Shown piece after piece: positions 8,458 through 16,251 of a stretch of 29,816 bases of DNA. Source of the stretch: an uncultured Planctomycetia bacterium (GTDB lineage Bacteria > Omnitrophota > Gorgyraeia > JACOVV01). The stretch spans positions 1 to 29,816 of the forward strand of contig CAYJQR010000013.1 in NCBI GenBank assembly GCA_964372345.1, in the 5' to 3' direction. Position 1 is the stretch's first letter, and each line of letters opens with the position of its first letter. The position numbers were made by a program, and so were the translations under genes. Below the pieces are notes generated by a model that saw nothing but the letters and a program-made list of their open reading frames with translations, made no database searches and was not told where the DNA came from.

Positions 8458-9222
8458 ATGTCTCAATACTACAACGCCAAACGGTCTAGAAATCTTTTTG
8501 ATCCAGAATCACGTGAACCATTCAGATTAAGCCGGACGAAAATTGAATTATTCATCGGTTGTCCGCGTTGTTTTTACCTTGATCGGCGACTAGGAATAGA
8601 TCGTCCTCCCGGCTTCCCATTTAATTTAAACTCGGCAGTAGACACCCTTCTCAAAAAAGAATTTGATCTCTATCGCGCCAAAGGGACTGCCCATCCCTTC
8701 ATGAAAACCTATGGAGTGGATGCTGTCCCTTTTCAGCACGAGAAAATCGAAGAATGGCGGGATGCTCGCAAACGAGGGATTACTTATTTACACCAACCTA
8801 CAAATCTTCTCATCACAGGCGGAGTGGATGACGTATGGATTAACCCTGACAGGGAATTAATCATTGTTGATTACAAAAGCACCTCAAAGAATGGAGAAGT
8901 AGACATAGGCGCCGATTGGCAGATGTCTTACAAGAGGCAAATGGAAGTCTACCAATGGCTGTTTAGGCGAAACAATTTCAAAGTCTCATCAACCGGATAT
9001 TTTGTGTATTGCAACGGGATTACAGATAAAGAATCCTTTAACAATAAACTGGAATTTAATATCAAGCTGATTCCTTACGAGGCAAATGACGCTTGGGTTG
9101 AGGAAACGATCCACGACATCCACAAATGTCTGTTGAGCCACAATATCCCTGATCTGGAAGAGGAATGCGATTATTGCCAGTATTATGATGCGCTGAGATC
9201 AGCAGATGTTTTGGTAAAATGA
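8458..9222 (+). CDS. Cas4/RecB-like PD-(D/E)XK nuclease with four-cysteine cluster
   Basis: The IIVDYKS stretch looks like a (D/E)xK core. Flanking CPRC (N-terminal) and CDYC (C-terminal) pairs resemble the Fe-S ligation pattern of Cas4/AddB-type nucleases. It lies 33 nt downstream of mrr. Confidence 0.65.
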   Translation: MSQYYNAKRSRNLFDPESREPFRLSRTKIELFIGCPRCFYLDRRLGIDRPPGFPFNLNSAVDTLLKKEFDLYRAKGTAHPFMKTYGVDAVPFQHEKIEEWRDARKRGITYLHQPTNLLITGGVDDVWINPDRELIIVDYKSTSKNGEVDIGADWQMSYKRQMEVYQWLFRRNNFKVSSTGYFVYCNGITDKESFNNKLEFNIKLIPYEANDAWVEETIHDIHKCLLSHNIPDLEEECDYCQYYDALRSADVLVK

Positions 9223-9269
9223 TTGATCTATGTGAAAAGGCTGGCTTTGGCCGAGAGACACCAAAATAG

Positions 9270-9392
9270 GAAGCGCTATCAAATATTTCTGAGTGCGGAT
9301 TATTCATAACACCCATAGAGTCCCTAGTCAAAATCGCTAAGACTCTTAAAAAACCCACGGCTTACTTCTTGGAGGATGAAAGAAATGAAAGG
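9270..9392 (+). pseudogene. Start-less 3' fragment of an XRE regulator gene (repeat copy B, displaced gene end)
   Basis: In frame it reads ...ITPIESLVKIAKTLKKPTAYFLEDERNERT*, compared with the intact XRE C-terminus SVETLVKIAKTLRKPTAYFLEDEGKV*. There is no start codon. DNA identity to 7372..7454 is about 88%. Confidence 0.55.
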
Positions 9393-9497
9393 ACATAAAG
9401 TTTAATCAGCTCGAATCGGTAAAAACGTTCTATTATACGTTTATTTGAAGACTTCCAAAGGGGCCGATTTGGGGGTGGAATTGATTTTCTCCAAGAG

Positions 9498-10748
9498 ATG
9501 GTGAAAGTTGGGAAGGCAATCCCGTCGGAGGACGAAGTGAGGAATCTTGAGTTACCAGGAGAAGGTCAATATAAACTGCCAAACGACACCGAGGTTTCCA
9601 ATGAGCTATTGCCGGATCTCCAAGAGAGTGAAGAACGCCAACGGTATTTAAAATTGGCATTAGCACTTCCAATCTCTGAAATATTATTTTCGGTGAGATC
9701 AAAAAATTGTTTAAAAAATCTAAGGATACAACATTTGAAAGATTTAGTTTTGTTGAGCAGAGATCAAATTTTATCCCAGAAGAATGCCGGGAAAAGAAGC
9801 CTAAAGGAGATGAGCGATTTCTTAAATCAGTTGGAACTCGATTTAGGAATGAATTTAACGTCCTCATTATTGAAAGCTATAGAATGGCAGATAAAGAGCG
9901 TTCGGGATCCCGAAAAGCTGATGGAGGATTTTCGTAATTCCTACCCTGAAAAAACCATTGTACTAAAAGAAGTCCGAATCCAAACCATTAAGCCTGAACG
10001 GATGGAATTTTATAAGCCTTGTTTTGAATTATACACGCATGGCGGGACGCTTCAATCTGTTGCTATGGCCATGAAATTGACGCGTGAAAGAATCCGACAG
10101 ATTTTGATAAAGGGGACTGCGTATAAGTTATTCGAGTATAATGGCCGTGAATATCCATATATTTTAAAAGCAAAACTACTTTCAGATTTGAGCAAATACC
10201 CAAGCATGAGTACGGTTTCCAAAATTAATAAAATATCAACGGTATATTTAAAAAGATTACTTCTTGCTTATCACATTACGTCTGAGCAAATGGAGGAATT
10301 TAAGGAAAGGTCCCGGAAGCAACAAGCTATAGAAGATTTCAACGCTGTGAGAGATCAACTTGGCCATAACCCAACGACAACGGAGTTGCAAGCAAATGGG
10401 GAATGGAGGTCTCTTGGAAATAGAATTAGACGGAATTGGGGTAATTTTCAAGAATTTCGGCAAGCGTTAAATATTCCGCCACCACCACCATTTGCTGAAG
10501 TAACCAAACGGTGGATCGAACACAGATCTCGTTTGGCTCTGATTCGGAGAATGCAAGATTTGGATTCAGTTAGAGATTGTCTCGAGAAGTTGGGACCCCT
10601 AAATACATCCGAAATTGCTAGGCGATGCCAATTGAAATCGATGAGAGCGTTTAAATTAACACAACTGCTCTTGGCAACGGGAGAAGTGTCACGTGACGGC
10701 GTGGGAAGCCAGACCAAATACAGAATAAGTAAGATCGGAGGGAGATAA
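9498..10748 (+). CDS. Multi-HTH DNA-binding protein: RNAP alpha-CTD-like domain + sigma-70 region-4-like HTH + HNH-associated-repeat-like motif
   Basis: LFSVRSKNCLKNLRIQHLKDLVLLSRDQILSQKNAGKRSLKEMSDFLNQLELDLGMNL parallels RpoA alpha-CTD ([57 protein letters not shown]). GGTLQSVAMAMKLTRERIRQI resembles sigma-70 region 4. LGHNPTTTELQANGEWRSLGNRIRRNWGNFQEF resembles the GRxPT...FGSW repeat. Its stop abuts the next gene's start. Confidence 0.6.
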   Translation: MVKVGKAIPSEDEVRNLELPGEGQYKLPNDTEVSNELLPDLQESEERQRYLKLALALPISEILFSVRSKNCLKNLRIQHLKDLVLLSRDQILSQKNAGKRSLKEMSDFLNQLELDLGMNLTSSLLKAIEWQIKSVRDPEKLMEDFRNSYPEKTIVLKEVRIQTIKPERMEFYKPCFELYTHGGTLQSVAMAMKLTRERIRQILIKGTAYKLFEYNGREYPYILKAKLLSDLSKYPSMSTVSKINKISTVYLKRLLLAYHITSEQMEEFKERSRKQQAIEDFNAVRDQLGHNPTTTELQANGEWRSLGNRIRRNWGNFQEFRQALNIPPPPPFAEVTKRWIEHRSRLALIRRMQDLDSVRDCLEKLGPLNTSEIARRCQLKSMRAFKLTQLLLATGEVSRDGVGSQTKYRISKIGGR

Positions 10749-12434
10749 ATGAAGATAATTACAAAAACGAAACTGCAAATCAAAGATCAGGGCGAGTTGC
10801 TAAACCAAATTGCAGGCACCTATAAAGACTTTTTTAGAGCGGCTATGGAGTACATCGATAATTCGGTTGATGCGGCTACCGGATTACAGCAAGATGGGAA
10901 GAAATTTTCTGCCAAAATTCATATAGAAGTCGACCCTGACAAGAAGACAGTCTCTTTTGCTGATAACTGTGGGGGAATGTCGCCTCAGGAATTGTGCGAG
11001 TTATTATCAAATGTGGGCCGGTCTAGAAAAAAGGCAGTTTCTTGGGCTAATGGACAATTTGGATTTGGCGTTCACGCCTTTAGAGCTTTTGCTAGGGAAG
11101 CTATTTTTATAAGTCGGAAGAAGAATTGTAAAGAAGCAATGATAAAGATAGATCGCACAGTCCATGAAAACCAAGATGTCCCATGTGTAGAAACGGATGT
11201 GAAACAGCTTAAGGAGCCGGGAACGCGGGTTATTATTTCTCGATTTGATTCACATGTTTTTCAAAAGGCCACTTTCGTCAAAACTTTAGCCGCTGAAGTC
11301 GAACATCATTTCGACGATGTCTTGAGGGCTAAATTAGCACGTATCTCTATTTCTGAGAAAGATAAAAGATCGCACGAATGTTCCCATTTCGATTTCGACT
11401 CGCTACCAGGTCCTGTTTTGAAAAAAACTTTTTCTTTGATGTCTGATGGAAAACAAAGCGAAATTGAAGTTGATTTAAAGGTTTTAGATCGTGTTCAAGA
11501 TAACAGATTCCCTGTTCTCACAAATAAATGTCGACGAGTTCAAAATATTTCTGATTTGAAAAGCTATAAAAACTTTTTGAGAACAAAGGGAGAGATAAGT
11601 TACATATGGAACAACCCTTTTGTGGTTGGCTCCATTGAAATTAACGGTTTTTGCTCTCCAAATTTAACCAGAGACGACTTAAAGGATTTAAAAGAACGCG
11701 AGCAACTGTACGAAAAGATATGCGAAGTACAGAATGATCTGAAGCACTTGATTGATGAAACGATGGATAAAAAAACTAGGGAATCATTTCGAAGAATTGG
11801 AAGTATAATGTCGGATTGCCTGGCTCAAATACTTAAAAATTTTAAGCTTGAATTCGAACAATTAGCTCCTTCAGGCATTACCGGGAATCTTGCGGAACAT
11901 ATTGAAGAAGGAAACGGGAAAATACCATTCGGCGGTGACGATGAGCCGGGTGGCGGTGGACCAGGTCCAAATGAAGAAGGTTCGGGGGGTAGACGATCTG
12001 ACGAAGGCAGATCAGGTGTTGGTAAAGATGAAAAAGGTGGCGGAGCTAATGATAAAAGAAAAACTTCTGGCCAAGGAGGAGCATCGACGGAAAAAATTAT
12101 TCAATCGCCTGGACCCAGGATCGAATTTCAAAATCATGCCGGAGAAGACAGAGTTATCGATTTAGGAAACTCCCTTATCGTCAACACACAGCATTCGGAT
12201 TTCATATTAAGGAATCCACGATCAACAGGTAAGATCAAATTCGACGTTAGGTTATTGAATTACGTCTCTCAAGTTGTGTCTCCATATTGTGTCCACAGAC
12301 TATTCGAGCGTAAAGGAAAAGTACCGTCCGTATCAGAAGTTGGGGCAAATGTAATTAATCTAAGTTTGAATCTCGAAAAAGAGTTGCTTAAAACCGTTTT
12401 GGGGACAGAAATAGATACAATGGTATATGCCTGA
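10749..12434 (+). CDS. GHKL (Bergerat-fold, MORC/MutL-like) ATPase with Gly-rich low-complexity segment
   Basis: N-box EYIDNSVDA, G1 box DNCGGM and G2 box GQFGFGVHA are present. A GGAGGGA Shine-Dalgarno precedes the ATG. Residues about 395-450 form a G/D/E/K-rich disordered stretch. Confidence 0.8.
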   Translation: MKIITKTKLQIKDQGELLNQIAGTYKDFFRAAMEYIDNSVDAATGLQQDGKKFSAKIHIEVDPDKKTVSFADNCGGMSPQELCELLSNVGRSRKKAVSWANGQFGFGVHAFRAFAREAIFISRKKNCKEAMIKIDRTVHENQDVPCVETDVKQLKEPGTRVIISRFDSHVFQKATFVKTLAAEVEHHFDDVLRAKLARISISEKDKRSHECSHFDFDSLPGPVLKKTFSLMSDGKQSEIEVDLKVLDRVQDNRFPVLTNKCRRVQNISDLKSYKNFLRTKGEISYIWNNPFVVGSIEINGFCSPNLTRDDLKDLKEREQLYEKICEVQNDLKHLIDETMDKKTRESFRRIGSIMSDCLAQILKNFKLEFEQLAPSGITGNLAEHIEEGNGKIPFGGDDEPGGGGPGPNEEGSGGRRSDEGRSGVGKDEKGGGANDKRKTSGQGGASTEKIIQSPGPRIEFQNHAGEDRVIDLGNSLIVNTQHSDFILRNPRSTGKIKFDVRLLNYVSQVVSPYCVHRLFERKGKVPSVSEVGANVINLSLNLEKELLKTVLGTEIDTMVYA

Positions 12435-13321
12435 TGAAAGCTAATGTTCAGACTATAATTAAAGCGATATCGGATTCAAATAATAGATATCGGGATTCCT
12501 CCTCAGATACAAGAACCAAGCTTGAAGCTCTGTGGAATATTGGAGATTGTCTTGTGCGGCTTGGCGTAAATAAGCCGCATTCGATGGGATGGATCGTACA
12601 AAAAGAGACAAAAGGTCTCATTAAGAGGCCAACAATATTTCGAAGTTTCAAAATTCGTCAAATATGGAACTCAAAGGACGATCTTCTGCGTGATATCGGG
12701 AATATTAAAGGGGTCAACTTCTTGATAGACATGTTGCCGTTAATCGATCCTCGGCAAGAAGTTCGAAAGAAGCTTAAGGAAGATGAAATTAAACAAATCT
12801 ATAAGAAGGCATGTGCTAGTTCTGTGGGTCAATTCAAAAGTTATATTGTAGAATTGAAAACTAAATATTCTCACGATAGGCTTGGCAAACGGCTAGATAA
12901 GTCGAAACACTTGGTAGAAATAGAATTTGTAACTAAGAATTTCGGCTCATTGCAACGTTTTCTTCTAGGTCTCATCCAGCAAAAGGAAAGTACTGGGCGT
13001 GATAGATTCAGACAAGAAATCAAGCGTGAGGAATTTCGCGCTTTTTCCAATATGTGTATTTCCCTAACGACCAAAAACAATATCCGTTTATATAAGAAGG
13101 CAGGGGTTTCTCTTTCGAATACAGAGAATCAGCAGTTTAAAGTTTTGTACGATTATTTTTACTCAATTCTCAATAAAGCAGCTGACACGGAACGCGCAAG
13201 AGTTCGTCGCTTGATTTCTCCAGAAGCTTTTGCGCAAATGTCTGATATTATCTCTTCGATTCAAAATGAAGAAAGTTTAGACGACTTTAGACTTAGACAA
13301 CAATTATCAATAGGGCTGTGA
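12434..13321 (+). CDS. Hypothetical protein (295 aa), candidate effector/nuclease partner of the GHKL-Dam operon
   Basis: The start overlaps the upstream stop by 1 nt (TGATG) and the stop lies 1 nt before the methyltransferase start. No family motif was recognised. Confidence 0.6.
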   Translation: MKANVQTIIKAISDSNNRYRDSSSDTRTKLEALWNIGDCLVRLGVNKPHSMGWIVQKETKGLIKRPTIFRSFKIRQIWNSKDDLLRDIGNIKGVNFLIDMLPLIDPRQEVRKKLKEDEIKQIYKKACASSVGQFKSYIVELKTKYSHDRLGKRLDKSKHLVEIEFVTKNFGSLQRFLLGLIQQKESTGRDRFRQEIKREEFRAFSNMCISLTTKNNIRLYKKAGVSLSNTENQQFKVLYDYFYSILNKAADTERARVRRLISPEAFAQMSDIISSIQNEESLDDFRLRQQLSIGL

Positions 13322-13322
13322 C

Positions 13323-14222
13323 ATGCAACCATTTCTAAAATGGGCTGGTGGAAAACGTTGGCTGATCCCCAAGATTAAAGACAGCATCCCTCCGTTCAGA
13401 ACTTATTTTGAACCATTCTTAGGAAGTGCCGCCCTGTTCTTTGCATTGGAACCTAAGTCGGCAATTTTATCGGACACCAATCCGGAACTCATAGGTTGTT
13501 ACAGAGTTATCAAGAACCATTGTGAGTCTATGATCAAAGTATTAGAGAGATTAAAGATTACAAAATCGGATTATTACGCAATTCGAGAAAAATTTAATAG
13601 TGGGAACGAACCAATTAAGAAAGCAGCATACTTCATTTATCTGAACAAAACTTGCTGGAATGGTCTTTACCGCGTGAATAACCACGGCAAATTTAACGTG
13701 CCAGTCGGTACGCACCTTCAGCGTGGGTATAAGGTCTTCGACGCGGATCATTTGAAGAATGCTAGTCGTCTTTTAAATCGGGCCATAATTAAACGGTGCG
13801 ACTTTGAAGAAGCAACAAAGGATGCTAGAAACAAAGATCTCGTATACTTTGATCCTCCTTATATAACAACGCATTTAAAGAATGGTTTTATCAAATATAA
13901 CTCCGTCTTATTTCACCAGTCTGATGAATTGCGATTGGCAAAAGTGGCGGAAAAACTGGCTAAGCGTAGAATTCAAGTAATTCTAAGTAATGCCGCTCAC
14001 CCACTAATAAAACAACAATATAACGGATGTTTTTACAAAACGGAAATATTACGGCCTAGCCTAATTGCTGGGGATCCCTCGAAAAGGACAAGGTTTCTTG
14101 AGCTTCTTGTTACTAGTTTTCCACTGACTATAGAGACCAGAGAATATTCGGAGCGCCAAGATGAAGCTATTCCTAAAGATGTACGGTATAAGCCTTTTTA
14201 TAATCCAAAGTGTAAATTTTGA
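13323..14222 (+). CDS. Dam-family (D12 class, alpha-group) N6-adenine DNA methyltransferase
   Basis: N-terminal LKWAGGKRWLIPKI...FEPFLGSAALFF matches the AdoMet motif. The catalytic motif IV is VYFDPPYITT, compared with E. coli Dam VYCDPPYAPL. Confidence 0.85.
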   Translation: MQPFLKWAGGKRWLIPKIKDSIPPFRTYFEPFLGSAALFFALEPKSAILSDTNPELIGCYRVIKNHCESMIKVLERLKITKSDYYAIREKFNSGNEPIKKAAYFIYLNKTCWNGLYRVNNHGKFNVPVGTHLQRGYKVFDADHLKNASRLLNRAIIKRCDFEEATKDARNKDLVYFDPPYITTHLKNGFIKYNSVLFHQSDELRLAKVAEKLAKRRIQVILSNAAHPLIKQQYNGCFYKTEILRPSLIAGDPSKRTRFLELLVTSFPLTIETREYSERQDEAIPKDVRYKPFYNPKCKF

Positions 14223-14309
14223 AGACTGCGCGTAAATATGGGATCGAGTTTGGGCATTGGACAGAGTAGGAAATAGAGACGGTTCTTGTTTTTGACCGCG
14301 AAGTGATAA

Positions 14310-14537
14310 AATAAAAACCGCCCCTATTTATTATCGAAGAATTCGCCATCCGCCAAAGGGCAGGATGAAATCGTTGGATTCGTTAAAAAGCGGCTGGAAC
14401 TCGGAAGAGCGGCTGAAGGAAAAACTCCCGAAATTGAGGAGATTGAGCGGGCCATCAACGTTGCTGTTTATCGCCTTTACAGCCTCACAAAAGAAGAAAT
14501 TACCATCGTAGAACAGTGTGGGGTGAAAGATAAATAG
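14310..14537 (+). pseudogene. C-terminal remnant of a type IIG/Eco57I-like (gamma-class N6-MTase-containing) restriction-modification enzyme
   Basis: A start-less ~75-codon frame ends ...KTPEIEEIERAINVAVYRLYSLTKEEITIVEQCGVKDK*. That is the characteristic ...ID.lVy.LYgLTeEEI.iVE C-terminal helix of Eco57I/PglX/TaqI-type enzymes. An in-frame stop lies immediately upstream. Confidence 0.4.
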
Positions 14538-14539
14538 TT

Positions 14540-15127
14540 ATGGATATTAATGATATCCAAGAGCTGCATTTTATTACGGATATAAAGAATGTTGATTCGA
14601 TTATGCGAGAAGGTATTCTGTCGCATAACAAGGCGGGTAGAATTCCTCATCGCTCGATTGCGGAGCAGGGTGTTCAAGAGCGCAGGCAAAATAAAAAAAT
14701 TCCCGGCACAAACAAACGTTTGCATGATTATACAAATCTGTATTTCAATGCCCATAATCCCATGCTTAGTGCGAGAAGGCAGCTGAATGATTCGATTTGC
14801 GTCTTGCGCATCAATAAACATGTTTTGTCTATAGAAGGGGTTATCATCACAGATCAAAATGCAAGCAGGGATTGTTGGTTCAAGCCGGTATCCGAGGGAT
14901 TACCATTACTGAAGCATGAAGAGATTTTTGCTGAATTTTGGATCAATAGAGAAGATCCAATGGAAGAATATCGATTGAAGGGCATAAAATGCGCTGAAGT
15001 CTTAGTGCCAAAGTGCGTTCATCCATCACACATTTTATCGGCATACGTAGCCAATAATACTGCGCTGAGCGATTTTAAAAAGGCGTCGACTTTATCTGTG
15101 CAAATTAATGGGAATTTGTTTTTCTAA
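14540..15127 (+). CDS. darT: DarT, ssDNA thymidine ADP-ribosyltransferase toxin (DUF4433)
   Basis: LHFITDIKNVDSIMREGILSHN...RSIAEQGVQERRQNKKIP...LHDYTNLYFNAHNPMLSA...CAEVLVPKCVHPSHI follows the DarT pattern (hFTHi.NL.sIL, HDYVPFYF, catalytic-Glu EvLV). A macrodomain gene lies directly downstream. Confidence 0.7.
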   Translation: MDINDIQELHFITDIKNVDSIMREGILSHNKAGRIPHRSIAEQGVQERRQNKKIPGTNKRLHDYTNLYFNAHNPMLSARRQLNDSICVLRINKHVLSIEGVIITDQNASRDCWFKPVSEGLPLLKHEEIFAEFWINREDPMEEYRLKGIKCAEVLVPKCVHPSHILSAYVANNTALSDFKKASTLSVQINGNLFF

Positions 15128-15138
15128 AGGGGGGTATC

Positions 15139-16251
15139 ATGGAAATCTTAATCGGGGATATATTCAACTCTAAAGCGCAGACATTAATTAACACTGTGAA
15201 TTGTGTCGGCGTTATGGGCAAGGGAATTGCGGCCGAATTTAAAAAACGCTATCCGGAGATGTTTGATGATTACATTTCACGATGTCAAAAAAGAGAAGTC
15301 AAGCCCGGCATTCCTTATTTGTTTAAAACCTCGTCATTGTTTGTTCCACAAGTCGTCAATTTCCCTACAAAGACCGATTGGCGCGCGGCATCTCATGTTG
15401 AGGACATAGAGAAGGGTTTGAAGATTCTTGTGTCAAAATACAAAGAATGGGGGGTTAAGTCAATAGCCGTTCCCCCATTGGGTTGTGGCAACGGGCAGTT
15501 ATTATGGGAAACCGTAGGACCTTTGATTTATAAATATCTGTCCAAATTGGATATCCCGGTTCAAATGTATGCTCCATATGGCGCCCCGTCAGTTCAATTG
15601 ACGGAAAAATATCTTTCCCGGGCGTTTGACTTGAAGGAATCCAAGTCAGAAGATGCTATTCTGCAAAAGATGAACCCTGCTTGGGCTTCACTGGTCGAGA
15701 TAGTGTATCGTCTCGAAAAACAGACTTACCATTTGCCTGTAGGCAGAACTATTTTTCAGAAGATAGCATATGTCGCTACAGCGCTTGGCATCCCTACTGG
15801 GCTGGGCCATGTTCGTGGACCCTATGGCCCATATTGTAAGGCACTGGATGATGTTAAGAAAAGATTGTCAAACGCGGGATTGTTGCAGGAAGAAAGACTC
15901 GGGCCTATGTTTCAACTTGTTCCGGGACATGCTTATGAAAAGGATCGTTCAAAATATCAGGACAGCTTTCGAAAATGGGGCAGCCTGATCGATAAAACAG
16001 TTGACCTTTTTCTTAGGCTAGATACCCATAAGGCAGAGATTGTAGCTACCGTTTTGTATACAGAGAGGACAATAAATAAAGGGCGCACGACCGAGAAAGA
16101 TGTCCTTAATGAGGTTGTGAAATGGAAACAAAAACGCCGTCCTCCGCTCAATGAAATAGAAGTGGCCGAAACAATTCGTAATTTAGGAATACTAAAATGG
16201 TTTGATTTGAAACCATCAACCGATATGCCAATTCAGGACGATTGGGTCTAA
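15139..16251 (+). CDS. darG: DarG, macrodomain DNA ADP-ribosylglycohydrolase antitoxin
   Basis: N-terminal macro domain LINTVNCVGVMGKGIAAEFKKRYPEMFDDY...VVNFPTKTDWRAASHVEDIEKGL...IAVPPLGCGNGQLLWETVGP closely parallels DarG (VNTVNTVGVMGKGIALQFK...PLGCGNGGL). A strong AAGGGGGG Shine-Dalgarno is present. It lies 11 nt after darT. Confidence 0.75.
   Translation: MEILIGDIFNSKAQTLINTVNCVGVMGKGIAAEFKKRYPEMFDDYISRCQKREVKPGIPYLFKTSSLFVPQVVNFPTKTDWRAASHVEDIEKGLKILVSKYKEWGVKSIAVPPLGCGNGQLLWETVGPLIYKYLSKLDIPVQMYAPYGAPSVQLTEKYLSRAFDLKESKSEDAILQKMNPAWASLVEIVYRLEKQTYHLPVGRTIFQKIAYVATALGIPTGLGHVRGPYGPYCKALDDVKKRLSNAGLLQEERLGPMFQLVPGHAYEKDRSKYQDSFRKWGSLIDKTVDLFLRLDTHKAEIVATVLYTERTINKGRTTEKDVLNEVVKWKQKRRPPLNEIEVAETIRNLGILKWFDLKPSTDMPIQDDWV

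Noticed and set aside
11890-12165. 91-aa + ORF in an alternative frame
   Set aside because: It lies wholly inside the GHKL ATPase gene over its Gly-rich region. The alternative frame of low-complexity sequence is commonly open by chance.
14477-14857. 126-aa minus-strand ORF
   Set aside because: It lies antisense inside darT. darT has clear family motifs, so the antisense frame is spurious.
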